From positions 1,934 to 65,933 of the forward strand of contig JADHWC010000004.1 in NCBI GenBank assembly GCA_016783665.1: a DNA stretch of 64,000 nt. Reading direction: 5' to 3'. Source of the stretch: Fidelibacterota bacterium. Lineage in GTDB: Bacteria; Fidelibacterota; UBA2242. The position numbers were made by a program, and so were the translations under genes. Below the pieces are notes generated by a model. The model did no database searches and was not told the DNA's origin. It saw only the letters and a program-made list of their open reading frames with translations. Shown here in pieces: positions 9,532 to 19,469 of the stretch; positions within the stretch are counted from its first letter, which is position 1, and each line of letters begins with the position of its first letter.

Positions 9532-11295
9532 ATGGAGAGTAATCATAAAAAAGTTCTATTCTCCCGAATGATGGATAGGTTGAAATCGTTTAAACCTGTT
9601 AATTGGAATGATATTACCGATGCTCTGTCAGTAGTTAAGGAAAACGCTCCCCCGCTTAAGCAATTTGACGAAGCTGAATTCTTTGAAAAAGTCCGAAAGG
9701 GAATTGGTTTCTGGACATTTGATTTTGGAATTGACGGCGTTTCAATCGAAATATCGAAGTATGCTCAATGTCTTCAAGATATTCTTTCCAATGAAGAAAA
9801 GGCGTCGATCCATTTGATTTCCGGAGATTTTCATTCTCAGGCTGATAGCGTAATTAAACCGGAATGGCATAGATTCCATATCCCACGCGTCAATGGATGG
9901 TTAAAATGGGATAACGGTGTGTGGTTTGATAAACTTTTTTACAGGGACATGCCGGAAGGAAGCCCGGAATCTGATGAAGTAGCCGTTGCAATCTGGAATC
10001 AGGCGGTTGGTCTTGCAGAAAAGTTGGGTGCTTATATTGCTGAAAAAGATCTATCACTTCTGATTCCTGTAAATGTTAATTCAAACCCGGGGAATTTGGC
10101 TACAGGAATGTGCACCGTTCTGGTTTCTGAATTGATGGGCCTCTATGTTATCAACTCAAATCATGACTTCTACTGGGAAGGTGGTAAACCGGCTTCGCAA
10201 AAGAAAATTGACGAAGCATCTGGGCCCAGAGATAAGTTTTTCCGCAACATAGCTAACCGCCCCTTCTTTTCTATGTTCGAGAAAATTTATCCATGGAATG
10301 GTAAACGTTGGCTGCAGATTAATATTAATAAGCCTCAATCGAATAATCTTGTCGAAAAATTGGGGTTCCCAAAGGATCGTGTCTTTGAGATTTCAACCTC
10401 TGTAAGTGATGAATTTTTCAAAAAGTATACTAAGAATGAAATTAAATCTGTTCGTTTACGAATGGCTCACATTCTTTCGGACGGCAATCCAATGATATAT
10501 CCTATTGCTGCTAACCCGCATTTGGAAAAATTGAAAAATTGGATGAACAAGCAAAAACCATTGGTATGTGCTAATCGCGATGGGCTAATTCTGGATTTAA
10601 CTTCCGACCGTATTTTTTATTTCCTTCAGCCGACGCGCATAATAGACCGAAAACGCATCGAGAAAGATTTGCATCTGATTGCTGCATTGCTAAAACATCC
10701 AACATTCCGTTGTGAATTTGAGCGGAATACGGAACGGCAAATTATTCTTCATATTACAGGTCCCGCTCCCATTGAACATCAAGCCGATTTAGAGAATGTT
10801 CTGGAAGCCTATATCGATGTACTTTCGGAAGTTCCGGATTCAATGGCTGACCGGATATTTTTAGCATTCTCTGTAGGGACGGAAGAACATGTTTGTTTTT
10901 TGGAAAAAGGTTTCAAAAGCCTCTGCATTGAAGATATTTACAGGCTTGCTACGGCAATAGTTTTTCCCAGCAAAACAGAAGGTCGGGGTTTGCCGATTAT
11001 CGAGTCGTGCGCCGCTGGAGTTCCTATCATCTGCAGCCGCTACCAGCCGGAGCAAATTTTTGCGGACGTTGTGGGTGAAAGTCTGGCTGAAGAACAACAG
11101 ATTCAGTATATTCTATTCCCCGAAGAAGATTTTTCGGAATCACTTCTAAATGAGATTACCGATCTTTTAATATATCCCGAAAAGGGGAAAGAGCGAAAAG
11201 AACATAATATTAAAGCAACCCGGCAAAGATATGGACCGGAAATTATGAAAGAGACTTTAAAAAAATTCTTAATTGAACTAATTAATATAAAATGA
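9532..11295 (+). CDS. GT-B (GT4-like) glycosyltransferase, large
   Basis: 587 aa, N-terminal GIDGVSIEISKY motif, HDFYWE, PTRIIDRKRIE, and the C-terminal donor-binding segment FPSKTEGRGLPIIESCAAG. Confidence 0.75.
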   Translation: MESNHKKVLFSRMMDRLKSFKPVNWNDITDALSVVKENAPPLKQFDEAEFFEKVRKGIGFWTFDFGIDGVSIEISKYAQCLQDILSNEEKASIHLISGDFHSQADSVIKPEWHRFHIPRVNGWLKWDNGVWFDKLFYRDMPEGSPESDEVAVAIWNQAVGLAEKLGAYIAEKDLSLLIPVNVNSNPGNLATGMCTVLVSELMGLYVINSNHDFYWEGGKPASQKKIDEASGPRDKFFRNIANRPFFSMFEKIYPWNGKRWLQININKPQSNNLVEKLGFPKDRVFEISTSVSDEFFKKYTKNEIKSVRLRMAHILSDGNPMIYPIAANPHLEKLKNWMNKQKPLVCANRDGLILDLTSDRIFYFLQPTRIIDRKRIEKDLHLIAALLKHPTFRCEFERNTERQIILHITGPAPIEHQADLENVLEAYIDVLSEVPDSMADRIFLAFSVGTEEHVCFLEKGFKSLCIEDIYRLATAIVFPSKTEGRGLPIIESCAAGVPIICSRYQPEQIFADVVGESLAEEQQIQYILFPEEDFSESLLNEITDLLIYPEKGKERKEHNIKATRQRYGPEIMKETLKKFLIELINIK

Positions 11296-11305
11296 GAATG
11301 AAGCT

Positions 11306-11476
11306 ATGAATATTGGATTTATTGAAGACACATATCTGCGCGGTGGCACTCAAATTTGGGTAACAGAAGCAAATAGCTTCTTTTTAGAACAGGGTGAAGA
11401 AACAACTATTATAGCCCCAACAGGAAGCTATGTGGCGGAAGAATGCCGGAAAGCGGGGGCTCAAGCATTTACTTAT
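11306..11476 (+). pseudogene. 5' fragment (57 codons) of GT4 glycosyltransferase interrupted by IS1634
   Basis: MNIGFIEDTYLRGGTQIWV...AQAFTY. The frame continues as DYDKVVSK after removing the IS and one TTAT copy. Confidence 0.9.
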
Positions 11477-11601
11477 CCCAAGTTCGACAGTTTTCATTCC
11501 AAAAATCATAAAAACCAGTTTATCAGACATCATAACCTATTGTTTTTATTGATCTGATTATTTCGGAGTCAGAATGTAGGGACTGAATATAAATATTATA
11601 C

Positions 11602-11630
11602 TTGACATCCATATTTGAGTTATGTATATT
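11602..11630 (+). promoter_or_regulatory. Sigma70-type promoter of the transposase
   Basis: TTGACA (11602-11607), 17 bp, TATATT (11625-11630). Confidence 0.75.
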
Positions 11631-11635
11631 ATGTC

Positions 11636-13504
11636 GTGTATATTCGAGAAAAAGTAAAAAACAGGAATGGCAAACGATACGTTCAACATCAATTGCTGGA
11701 GTCAGTTCGCACACCTGACGGTCCCAGACAAAATGTAATCCTCAATCTTGGTATTCTGGATTTGGAAAAGGATAAATGGAAATTATTAGCTAATGTCATC
11801 AAAGAGACACTATGTAATCAGAACAGGATATTTCAGATTGACCCGGAAATAGAAAAAATGGCTGAACATTACGCTGCGTTGATTTTGGAGAAACGATTAC
11901 AGCAAGCCGCTGAAAATATAGAGAGTAGTGAAAAAAGTGATGAAAATGAAAACCGGGCGCAATATGAAAGTGTCGATATACACTCTGTTTCCACCTCAAA
12001 TGCAAGAACCCAGGGTGCTGAACATGTGGCTGTTAAACAGATGGATGAATATGGATTTGATAATATTCTAAGAGATCTTCAATTTGATGACAAACAGATT
12101 ATTTATACCAAGATGCTTATTGCAGGCAGAATGGTTCATCCAGCCAGTGAAAGGGAAACAGTTAGATGGATAAATGAGAATAGTGCCATAAAAGAGTTAT
12201 TGAGAACAGATGTGAAAGTATATGATAATGCTCTGCATCGAACGGCTATCAAGTTATGGCAATATCATGAGGCAATAGAAAAGCAGTTATCGAAATCAGC
12301 CGTAAAGATGTTTTCATTAGAAGAATCTGTTATTCTCTATGACTTGACAAACACCTACTTTGAGGGAAGCAAGCGGGGTAGTTGGATAGCCAAACCCGGA
12401 GGATGTTCAAAGGAGCGGCGGAATGATCGCCCTTTGATTACTTTAGCGCTCACTGTAGACGAAGAAGGATTTCCCAAACAGAGTTGGTTATTGGATGGCA
12501 ATGTATCAGAACCAGGGACTTTAGAAAGAATGCTGAATGATCTTTCAGAGTATACTGAAACAAATCTGTTTAATTCGAAAAAGACCATAGTCATGGATGC
12601 TGGAATAGCCACAGATGATAATCTTAAAATAATCAAATCGAAAAACTATAACTATGTGGCTGTATCCAGGAAACAGTCATACGGTAATAATTTCTGGGAT
12701 GATAGTAAAGAGAAACAGCTGGAATTGAAGGATGACAAAACAAAATTAAAGATAAAGATGGTTAGAACTGATGATGAAAGTTTTCTTCTGTGCCACAGCG
12801 AAATGAAGGAGGCTAAAGAGAGAGCGATTCTTGAGCGTAAACTGAAGAAGTTTGAAGAGGGGCTGAAAAATCTAAAGGATGGTTTAAAAAAGAAGGGAAC
12901 TCAAAAGAAATACTCTAAAATCATCGAGAGAATAGGTCGATTGAAAGAGAAATGTGGTGTTGGTACTCTGTATGATATTGATGTAAAAGAGAAGGATGGA
13001 GTTGCGGTAGAGATTGAATTCAGCAAGAATTCGAAAGGAGAGGCAAAGGAATGTAGAGCTGGGGAGTATGTAATAAGAACAAACAGGTTAGACCTTTCGG
13101 GTGAGAGAATATCTCAGATACATCGTTCTCTGACTAGAATTGAAAATTGTTTTTGCAGTATGAAATCGGAATTGGGAATGAGGCCTAACTACCACAAAGA
13201 AGATGATCCGGCAATTGCCCATATAGCTATAACCGTTATTGCCTATCATATACTTTCTGGGATATTGAAAAAATTGAGAATTGGTGGTGTTAATTATAGA
13301 TGGGAAACGCTTAGAAATATTTTATCCAGTCATGTTCGGATAACAACCAACTTTAACACTGAAAAAAATGAGACTATACATATTAGAACAAGTACTACCC
13401 CGAGCATTAAACAGCGCGAGATATACCGGAAACTCAAGATTAAAATGAAACCATTAAAAAGAGTTGTAACTAAATTTAAAAAAAGTGTAGTGCCTAAAAA
13501 ATAA
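11636..13504 (+). CDS. IS1634-family DDE transposase
   Basis: YIREK N-terminus, QLLESVRT-GPRQ, LYDLTNTYFEG, SKERRNDRP, TIVMDAGI, RIENCFCSMKSELGMRPNYH, AHIAITVIAY. GTG at 11636 preferred over the track start at 11615. Confidence 0.95.
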   Translation: MYIREKVKNRNGKRYVQHQLLESVRTPDGPRQNVILNLGILDLEKDKWKLLANVIKETLCNQNRIFQIDPEIEKMAEHYAALILEKRLQQAAENIESSEKSDENENRAQYESVDIHSVSTSNARTQGAEHVAVKQMDEYGFDNILRDLQFDDKQIIYTKMLIAGRMVHPASERETVRWINENSAIKELLRTDVKVYDNALHRTAIKLWQYHEAIEKQLSKSAVKMFSLEESVILYDLTNTYFEGSKRGSWIAKPGGCSKERRNDRPLITLALTVDEEGFPKQSWLLDGNVSEPGTLERMLNDLSEYTETNLFNSKKTIVMDAGIATDDNLKIIKSKNYNYVAVSRKQSYGNNFWDDSKEKQLELKDDKTKLKIKMVRTDDESFLLCHSEMKEAKERAILERKLKKFEEGLKNLKDGLKKKGTQKKYSKIIERIGRLKEKCGVGTLYDIDVKEKDGVAVEIEFSKNSKGEAKECRAGEYVIRTNRLDLSGERISQIHRSLTRIENCFCSMKSELGMRPNYHKEDDPAIAHIAITVIAYHILSGILKKLRIGGVNYRWETLRNILSSHVRITTNFNTEKNETIHIRTSTTPSIKQREIYRKLKIKMKPLKRVVTKFKKSVVPKK

Positions 13505-13571
13505 TGACTGTAATTTGCAACTACCTGTTATTTCTTTACTTGTGAAATATCAAGTGTCGAACTTGGGTTAT

Positions 13572-14390
13572 GATTATGATAAGGTGGTGTCAAAGGATAC
13601 TGAGAATAAAAAGGTCTGGACAGACGGCTTGCAGAATTGCGATGTGGCTGTTTGTACTGTTCATCCTCCCAGAGATTCATTTCATTGTTCGGTATTTGCC
13701 GGCGAATGTATGAAAGAGAGTAATGTAAATACAATTCTCATTCCTAAAACCGGAACTATCGTTCCTGAGTATAAACGCGAATTCTATCTTCCTGATGAAT
13801 CTATCCGGTCGGCTGTAATTGCAATTACAGGTTTTACGCGCACATACCTGATTGATTCTTACAAGCTTCCTGCTACCGGTGTTGAATTAATTTATCAAGG
13901 CACCGAGGTAAGGCGTTTCACTACAAATGCAGAGAGAAAAAAGGAATCTTTCAAGCGATATTCTCTGCCCGGTAATGCCTCGCCCGTTTTGGGAAATGTC
14001 GGGATGTTTGAAGAACGGAAAGGACAAACTGTTCTTTTGGAGGCTGTAAAAATATTGGTTAAAGGTTCTCATCCGAATTTGCATTTAATTCTCGTTGGAG
14101 AAGGACCGGATGAGCAAATGCTGAAAGACAAAGTTGAAGATATGGGAATCGAGGAACATGTGACATTTTTCCCATTCACCCGTGAGCCGATGTTCATTTT
14201 TGAAAGAATTGACGTTTTGGTTCTCTCAAGTTTGTATAAAGAAGGTTTGCCGAATGTATTGCTTGAGGCGATGTCTATGAAAGTACCCGTCGTTTCTTCA
14301 GAAATGGCTGGCGTACCGGAGGTTGTAAAAGATGGTGAAACGGGGTACATGGTTGAACCGGGGCTCCCCGCCTGCCTATCGGCAATCTAA
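13572..14390 (+). pseudogene. 3' fragment of the GT4 glycosyltransferase, C-terminally truncated
   Basis: GMFEERKGQ, LVGEGP, SSLYKEGLPNVLLEAMSMKVPVVSS and VKDGETGYMVEPG, then an abrupt LPACLSAI-stop encoded by a GC palindrome. Confidence 0.88.
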
Positions 14391-14399
14391 TCGGGCAGG
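14366..14399. repeat. REP-like palindrome at the 3' end of the GT pseudogene
   Basis: ccccgcctgcc...ggcagg. The 11-mer is the reverse complement of 486-496. Confidence 0.6.
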
Positions 14400-14426
14400 T
14401 TCTCCGGATCAGAAATCAACCTGGTT

Positions 14427-15305
14427 CTAATTTCTTGATTCGCTCTTTTTGGCAAAATACTTGCTAATCATCACGAGGGTCTGTTTTTCCTGTTCTGAGA
14501 GGCTTTCGTACCCCTCCCGGCTGATTTTGTCCAAAAGCCGGTCGATTTCTTCCTGCATGGTTTTATCGGTATCATAATCGGTGCGGGTCGGCGGTTTTGG
14601 GGATTTATCAACTTTGCGGATAATATTCTTGAACGAATTGGGAATTTTTATTTTTGGCTTTCTGAAGTTGATATCTGCAAAGATTCTTTTTCGACGTAAA
14701 TAGAGATATCCGATGACCAATCCACCCAGATGGGTTAGATGACTGATCTGACCTGCACTTTGTGAAAACGATGAGAAAAAGGTAACAACCCCCATTATCA
14801 GCACGAAATATTTTGCTTTGATGGGAATCAGGAAATAAAAATAAATCCGCCGTTCGGGAAATAACAGGGCAAAGGCTAGCAGGACGCCGTAAATAGCACC
14901 GCTGGCGCCCACTACCGGAATGGAGGAATTCAGGCTGAAGAGAAACGTGATAATACCTGATCCAACGCCGGTGAGAAAATAATATTTGTAGAATTCTTTT
15001 TTACCCCAATAAGATTCGATCTCGTTTCCAAACATCCAGAGTATAAACATATTCCAAAAAATGTGACCGAACCCGCCGTGAATGAACATATAGGTAAACA
15101 GTTGCCAGACAAATCCGCGACTCCAGACGAATTTTGGAACCAGTCCGAAATAATACAGGAAGAACCGCTCTGATTGAAACAGGAATATGAAAATAAACAC
15201 GACAATATTGGCAATGATAATATTTTTTATTGCGCCGCTGAATAAGTGTGGTCGAATAAATTGGTTGCCAGATCCCGAATGTTTCTGATAATTATAATGG
15301 CGCAT
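14427..15305 (-). CDS. Rhomboid-family intramembrane serine protease with C-terminal soluble tail
   Basis: WQLFTYMFIHGGFGHIFWNM, VVGASGAIYG (catalytic Ser), SHLTHLGG (His), tail EIDRLLDKISREGYESLSEQEKQTL. Confidence 0.92.
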   Translation of the reverse strand: MRHYNYQKHSGSGNQFIRPHLFSGAIKNIIIANIVVFIFIFLFQSERFFLYYFGLVPKFVWSRGFVWQLFTYMFIHGGFGHIFWNMFILWMFGNEIESYWGKKEFYKYYFLTGVGSGIITFLFSLNSSIPVVGASGAIYGVLLAFALLFPERRIYFYFLIPIKAKYFVLIMGVVTFFSSFSQSAGQISHLTHLGGLVIGYLYLRRKRIFADINFRKPKIKIPNSFKNIIRKVDKSPKPPTRTDYDTDKTMQEEIDRLLDKISREGYESLSEQEKQTLVMISKYFAKKSESRN

Positions 15306-15313
15306 CTGTGATC

Positions 15314-16069
15314 CTAACGACTTAATTCTGATAACAGGGAAAGACTTTTAAGATTCAATGGGTAATCAAGATGATAAGAAAGGTATTTGATCAGTAATTG
15401 AGTTATACGATTCGCAACTGACGGTTCTACCGATAGGTTTACCCCTGTATCAAGATTACACCTGGAAAGATCGTTTAACAATTGTATCTCACGTTCTGAC
15501 AATTTATGTGTCGAAGAATTATATCTGCCACAGTCCCGACAAACCAAACGCCCTGAACCGGGGTTATAGATTGCGGTTGTTAAGCGAGTCTTGCACTGAG
15601 AACAGACCGACGGATCGAGTTTATATCCGAGAATATCAGCCAGCGCTAATAAAAAATCCGCAAAAAGGATTCTACATTGATTGGCGTGCAAATCTATGTT
15701 CTTCAGAATCTGAACGGCTAAATTAAAAATCTTATTATCATATTGATGATCATAGACTACTTTGTCGATTACCTCAAGAACCGCGGTCCCGTAAATATTG
15801 CATTCGATATCGAGGGTGTTTAAAAAAAACGATTGCAGGAGGTCAACCTTGCTGAGTGTTTGAATATCCCTGGTGATTTTATAATAATATATTGCTTCGA
15901 TATGGTTCAGCGGCTCAAGGTAACCTCTTAAGGCGCTTTTCAGGCGCCGGGCGCCTTTGGCAATCACAGAAATTTTCCCCTGCTCTTTCGTAAACAGTTT
16001 AACAATACTGCTGGTTTCCTGAAAGTGAATGGTTTTTAGTACGAGCGCTTCTGTCTTGATGAGTGTCAT
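15314..16069 (-). CDS. recO: DNA repair protein RecO
   Basis: TEALVLKT-FQETSSIVKLFTKEQGKISVIAKGARR, and a CSQC...CRDC zinc finger. Confidence 0.92.
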   Translation of the reverse strand: MTLIKTEALVLKTIHFQETSSIVKLFTKEQGKISVIAKGARRLKSALRGYLEPLNHIEAIYYYKITRDIQTLSKVDLLQSFFLNTLDIECNIYGTAVLEVIDKVVYDHQYDNKIFNLAVQILKNIDLHANQCRILFADFLLALADILGYKLDPSVCSQCKTRLTTAIYNPGSGRLVCRDCGRYNSSTHKLSEREIQLLNDLSRCNLDTGVNLSVEPSVANRITQLLIKYLSYHLDYPLNLKSLSLLSELSR

Positions 16070-16166
16070 ATTGTCGCTATAGATTACATTTTTTCAGTGT
16101 TGCTTACAAACAAATAATCGGCGGTTTATAACCGGTTCGCATCTCTCTATGTTAGATCAATAAAGG

Positions 16167-17594
16167 CTAATATGATTTTGCGAATATGGCAATTGTTTTG
16201 GATGGTTTGCCGGTATAGAAACAGACGCCATCTTGATCTTGTTTAAAAGGAATACAGCGGATGGTGGCTTTGGTTTCTTCCTGAATGGTCGCCTCCATAG
16301 CGCCGTCGCCAGCCCAGAATGCTTTTATAAATCCGCCACTGGCAATGATTTTCTTAAAATCTTCATAATTTTCTACTTCGTGGGTGTGCTGATTGCGGAA
16401 TTCCAGTGCCCGTTGAAAGAGGTTATTTTGGATTTCTTGCAGGAGATTAGTGACAACAGAAGACAGCTTTTCAACGGGGATAAATTGTTTGGTCCCGGTG
16501 TCGCGGCGAACCAGAACCACCTGGTTTTTATCCAGATCTTTGGGTCCGATTTCGAGTCGCAGCGGTACGCCCCTCATTTCCCATTGATTAAATTTCCAGC
16601 CCGGAGAATTCTGCTCATTATCATCGACGATATAGCGGATATCCTCTTTTTTGAATTGAAGCGTGATTTTTGACACCTTCTCCATTAAACGGGCCTTCTG
16701 TTCGTCGTTTCTCCATATCGGAATAACAACAAGCTGATGCGGTGCAATTTTAGGCGGTACTACTAGCCCTTTATCGTCACCGTGGGTCATGATGACGCCG
16801 CCAACGAGCCGCGTGCTGACTCCCCAGCTGGTGGCGTACACGTACTCCAGTTTATTTTCTTTCGTAAGATATGTGACGTCGAAAGCTTTGGCGAAATTCT
16901 GACCGAGATTATGGGATGTGCCGGACTGCAGGGCTTTCATGTCGCCCATCATGGCTTCAATTGAATAGGTATAAACAGCGCCGGCAAATTTCTCTGCGTC
17001 GGTTTTTATACCGACAAACACCGGCATAGCCATATAATCTTCCGCCAGTTGTCGATAGAGCTCGATCATTTTGAGGGCTTCCTCTTCCGCTTCTTTATAT
17101 GTGGCGTGAGCAGTATGACCTTCCTGCCAGAGAAATTCAGTGGTTCTGAGAAACAGGCGGGTGCGCATTTCCCAGCGTACGACATTTACCCACTGGTTGA
17201 TTAATAAGGGCAGATCGCGATAGGATTTTATCCACTTTTTGTACATCGACCAGATGATTGTCTCGGAGGTTGGGCGGATATAAAGGGGTTCATCAAGTTT
17301 TTTACCGCCACCGTGTGTGACAACGGCACATTCGGGAGCGAAACCCGCTACATGTTCCGCCTCCTTTTTCATGTAACTTTCCGGGATGAACATTGGGAAG
17401 TAGGCGTTTACATGCCCGGTCTCTTTAAACATTCGGTCGGCGATATTTCGGATATTTTCCCATATAGCATAGCCGTATGGGCGAATGACCATAGTGCCCT
17501 TTACCGGTCCGTAATCGGCTAATTCTGCTTTCTGTACCACGTCGGTGTACCACCGCGCATAATCTTCACTTCGTTTTGTAACACTAATTGACAA
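16167..17594 (-). CDS. proS: Proline--tRNA ligase, archaeal/eukaryote-like type
   Basis: [50 protein letters not shown]-terminal FAKSY. Confidence 0.97.
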   Translation of the reverse strand: MSISVTKRSEDYARWYTDVVQKAELADYGPVKGTMVIRPYGYAIWENIRNIADRMFKETGHVNAYFPMFIPESYMKKEAEHVAGFAPECAVVTHGGGKKLDEPLYIRPTSETIIWSMYKKWIKSYRDLPLLINQWVNVVRWEMRTRLFLRTTEFLWQEGHTAHATYKEAEEEALKMIELYRQLAEDYMAMPVFVGIKTDAEKFAGAVYTYSIEAMMGDMKALQSGTSHNLGQNFAKAFDVTYLTKENKLEYVYATSWGVSTRLVGGVIMTHGDDKGLVVPPKIAPHQLVVIPIWRNDEQKARLMEKVSKITLQFKKEDIRYIVDDNEQNSPGWKFNQWEMRGVPLRLEIGPKDLDKNQVVLVRRDTGTKQFIPVEKLSSVVTNLLQEIQNNLFQRALEFRNQHTHEVENYEDFKKIIASGGFIKAFWAGDGAMEATIQEETKATIRCIPFKQDQDGVCFYTGKPSKTIAIFAKSY

Positions 17595-17603
17595 GATACC
17601 ACC

Positions 17604-18281
17604 CTATATTTGAAGATTCTTTTTCTCTGAAAAACCTATTCTGTGAAACGGGTTCACAATACTGGTGCAAATATTGAACAGATGAGCGCCAACCCGCTTT
17701 AAAAACCGGATGTATAGACCCAGAGTAACAGCATCAGATACACTAAAATCTCCTTCGCCCTTGATTAATGATATAGTGGTCAGCGTACAATCTTTTGAAA
17801 CATCACGGTAGCCCCGGACTACTTTTCGCGCCATTTCCACATCGGAAATCGGGAAGGCTTCAAGAGTGATCTTGAAAAAGTCGTCGATACGCTTTTCTAT
17901 ACTGATAAGTGTATCTTCATACTTACCAGCGCTCAGTTTTTTCGGGTGAAGTGCAGCCATGTCCGCAATATTTTTTGTATAATCGCCGATACGTTCAATA
18001 TCGATCACGATGCTTGTCAAGATCAAACCCGCCGGGATTTCAGATTTATCAAACATTAACAAGTGGGTCAGAACATTTTTGCGTATTTCGCGCTCGGATT
18101 TATTGATTATTTTATCGGTTTTGTAAATATCGATCTGCATGTCGGTATCATCACATTGCCGCAGGCATTTTACAGCTTCTTTATACATTTCGTAATCAGT
18201 TTCGAGTGTTTTAAGATATTTTTCAAGCATTTGAGTGGATAAATCCTGCTTTTTCCAGATTTTTATAAATTCTTTGAACAT
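17604..18281 (-). CDS. Stand-alone PhoU-domain protein
   Basis: DKIINKSEREIRK, IDIERIGDYTKNI, RFLKRVGAHLFNICTSIVNPFHRIGF. Confidence 0.8.
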   Translation of the reverse strand: MFKEFIKIWKKQDLSTQMLEKYLKTLETDYEMYKEAVKCLRQCDDTDMQIDIYKTDKIINKSEREIRKNVLTHLLMFDKSEIPAGLILTSIVIDIERIGDYTKNIADMAALHPKKLSAGKYEDTLISIEKRIDDFFKITLEAFPISDVEMARKVVRGYRDVSKDCTLTTISLIKGEGDFSVSDAVTLGLYIRFLKRVGAHLFNICTSIVNPFHRIGFSEKKNLQI

Positions 18282-18285
18282 ATTC

Positions 18286-19383
18286 TTACCTCATCAATAA
18301 AATTAATAGTAATGGCAATAAAAAGAAAAATATTAATATATAGGCAATCGGTATCCAGCGATGCCGGATAGACCATCTGGCAAATACGACCGCCATGTTA
18401 ATCGGCACTTGTTTCAGGGGCAGCCAGATTATTATACCCATAATATTGAACAGGAGATGGCTGAAGGCAATTGTTACCGCATCCGGATTATTCGTAGCGA
18501 GAGAAGCAAGAAAAGCGGTAATAGTAGTTCCGACATTTGCGCCCAGATCATAGGGAAATATTTTTTTCAGGCTTAAGACGCCCGCCGCCGCCAGTGGAAC
18601 AACCAGCGAAGTAGTTATTGAACTACTCTGGACCAGCGCCGTAAAGAACATTCCCAGCAATAATGCCCGAAATGCTGTTTTAAATATATATTGATCAAAA
18701 AACGTTTCAATTTTTTTCAGCACAAGGGATTTCATGACAAGCACAAGATACCGAAGAGCAAAGAACAGTATGAAAAATGCGATTATAACGCCGATCCAGG
18801 GATAGTTTGGGAAAATGCTCAAAATGGCTGTGGCAACCGGCTTCAGAATAGCGCCAAGCGGATTAACTAATTTTAGCCCGCCAATATTTACAAAAAGCCC
18901 GGACGCAGCTCTTGCCGTGACACCGATTACGTTGAACATCAACTGGAGCGGAAAAATTACAGCTACCGATAATACATTGAAGAAATCATGAACTATAGCT
19001 GCGCTTAAAGCCCTTTCAAATTCTTTACTTCTGCGTATGTGTCCTATCGAAACTAGGGTATTTGTAACACTGGTGCCAATATTTGCACCCATGATGATTG
19101 GAATGGCCAGATCAATCGACAGAACCTGTCCCGCGACCAGGCTTACAACCAGCGAGGTTGTAAGAGACGAGCTCTGCACAAGGCTTGTTGTGAAAATGCC
19201 AACAACCAATCCCAGAATTGGGTTGGAGACTGTCTGTATTACAGCTTCTGCCACCCCTTTTCCCATCATTTTAAAGGACGACCCTATCAATGTCACACTT
19301 AACAGAAACAGATATATAAGTCCCAAAAGGGCTAAGATTTTCAGAATGTTTGGAGAGTATTTCCGGAAATTATCTTGTATCAT
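18286..19383 (-). CDS. Na+/phosphate symporter (NptA/NaPi-II family)
   Basis: Two QSSS repeats (LVQSSSLTTS, LVQSSSITTS) and two GANIGT/GANVGT motifs. Probable start MIQDN at 19383; track start 19428. Confidence 0.9.
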   Translation of the reverse strand: MIQDNFRKYSPNILKILALLGLIYLFLLSVTLIGSSFKMMGKGVAEAVIQTVSNPILGLVVGIFTTSLVQSSSLTTSLVVSLVAGQVLSIDLAIPIIMGANIGTSVTNTLVSIGHIRRSKEFERALSAAIVHDFFNVLSVAVIFPLQLMFNVIGVTARAASGLFVNIGGLKLVNPLGAILKPVATAILSIFPNYPWIGVIIAFFILFFALRYLVLVMKSLVLKKIETFFDQYIFKTAFRALLLGMFFTALVQSSSITTSLVVPLAAAGVLSLKKIFPYDLGANVGTTITAFLASLATNNPDAVTIAFSHLLFNIMGIIIWLPLKQVPINMAVVFARWSIRHRWIPIAYILIFFFLLPLLLILLMR

Positions 19384-19469
19384 ATAGTTCTGATCAATAT
19401 TGACAACCTGCTCTTGTGCTCGGCGCAAAGTTAATTAAATTTCTGAATAGTGACTACAAATAAAACAGG

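Larger units (their letters stand above)
11477..13567 (+). mobile_element. Complete IS1634-family (IS4 superfamily) insertion sequence, 2091 bp
   Basis: 13-bp terminal inverted repeats CCCAAGTTCGACA (11477-11489) and TGTCGAACTTGGG (13555-13567), flanking TTAT direct repeat (11473-11476 and 13568-13571), single transposase ORF. Confidence 0.95.

Noticed and set aside
11306-11557. 83-aa stand-alone small protein from the ORF track
   Set aside because: It is the GT 5' fragment reading into the IS left end.
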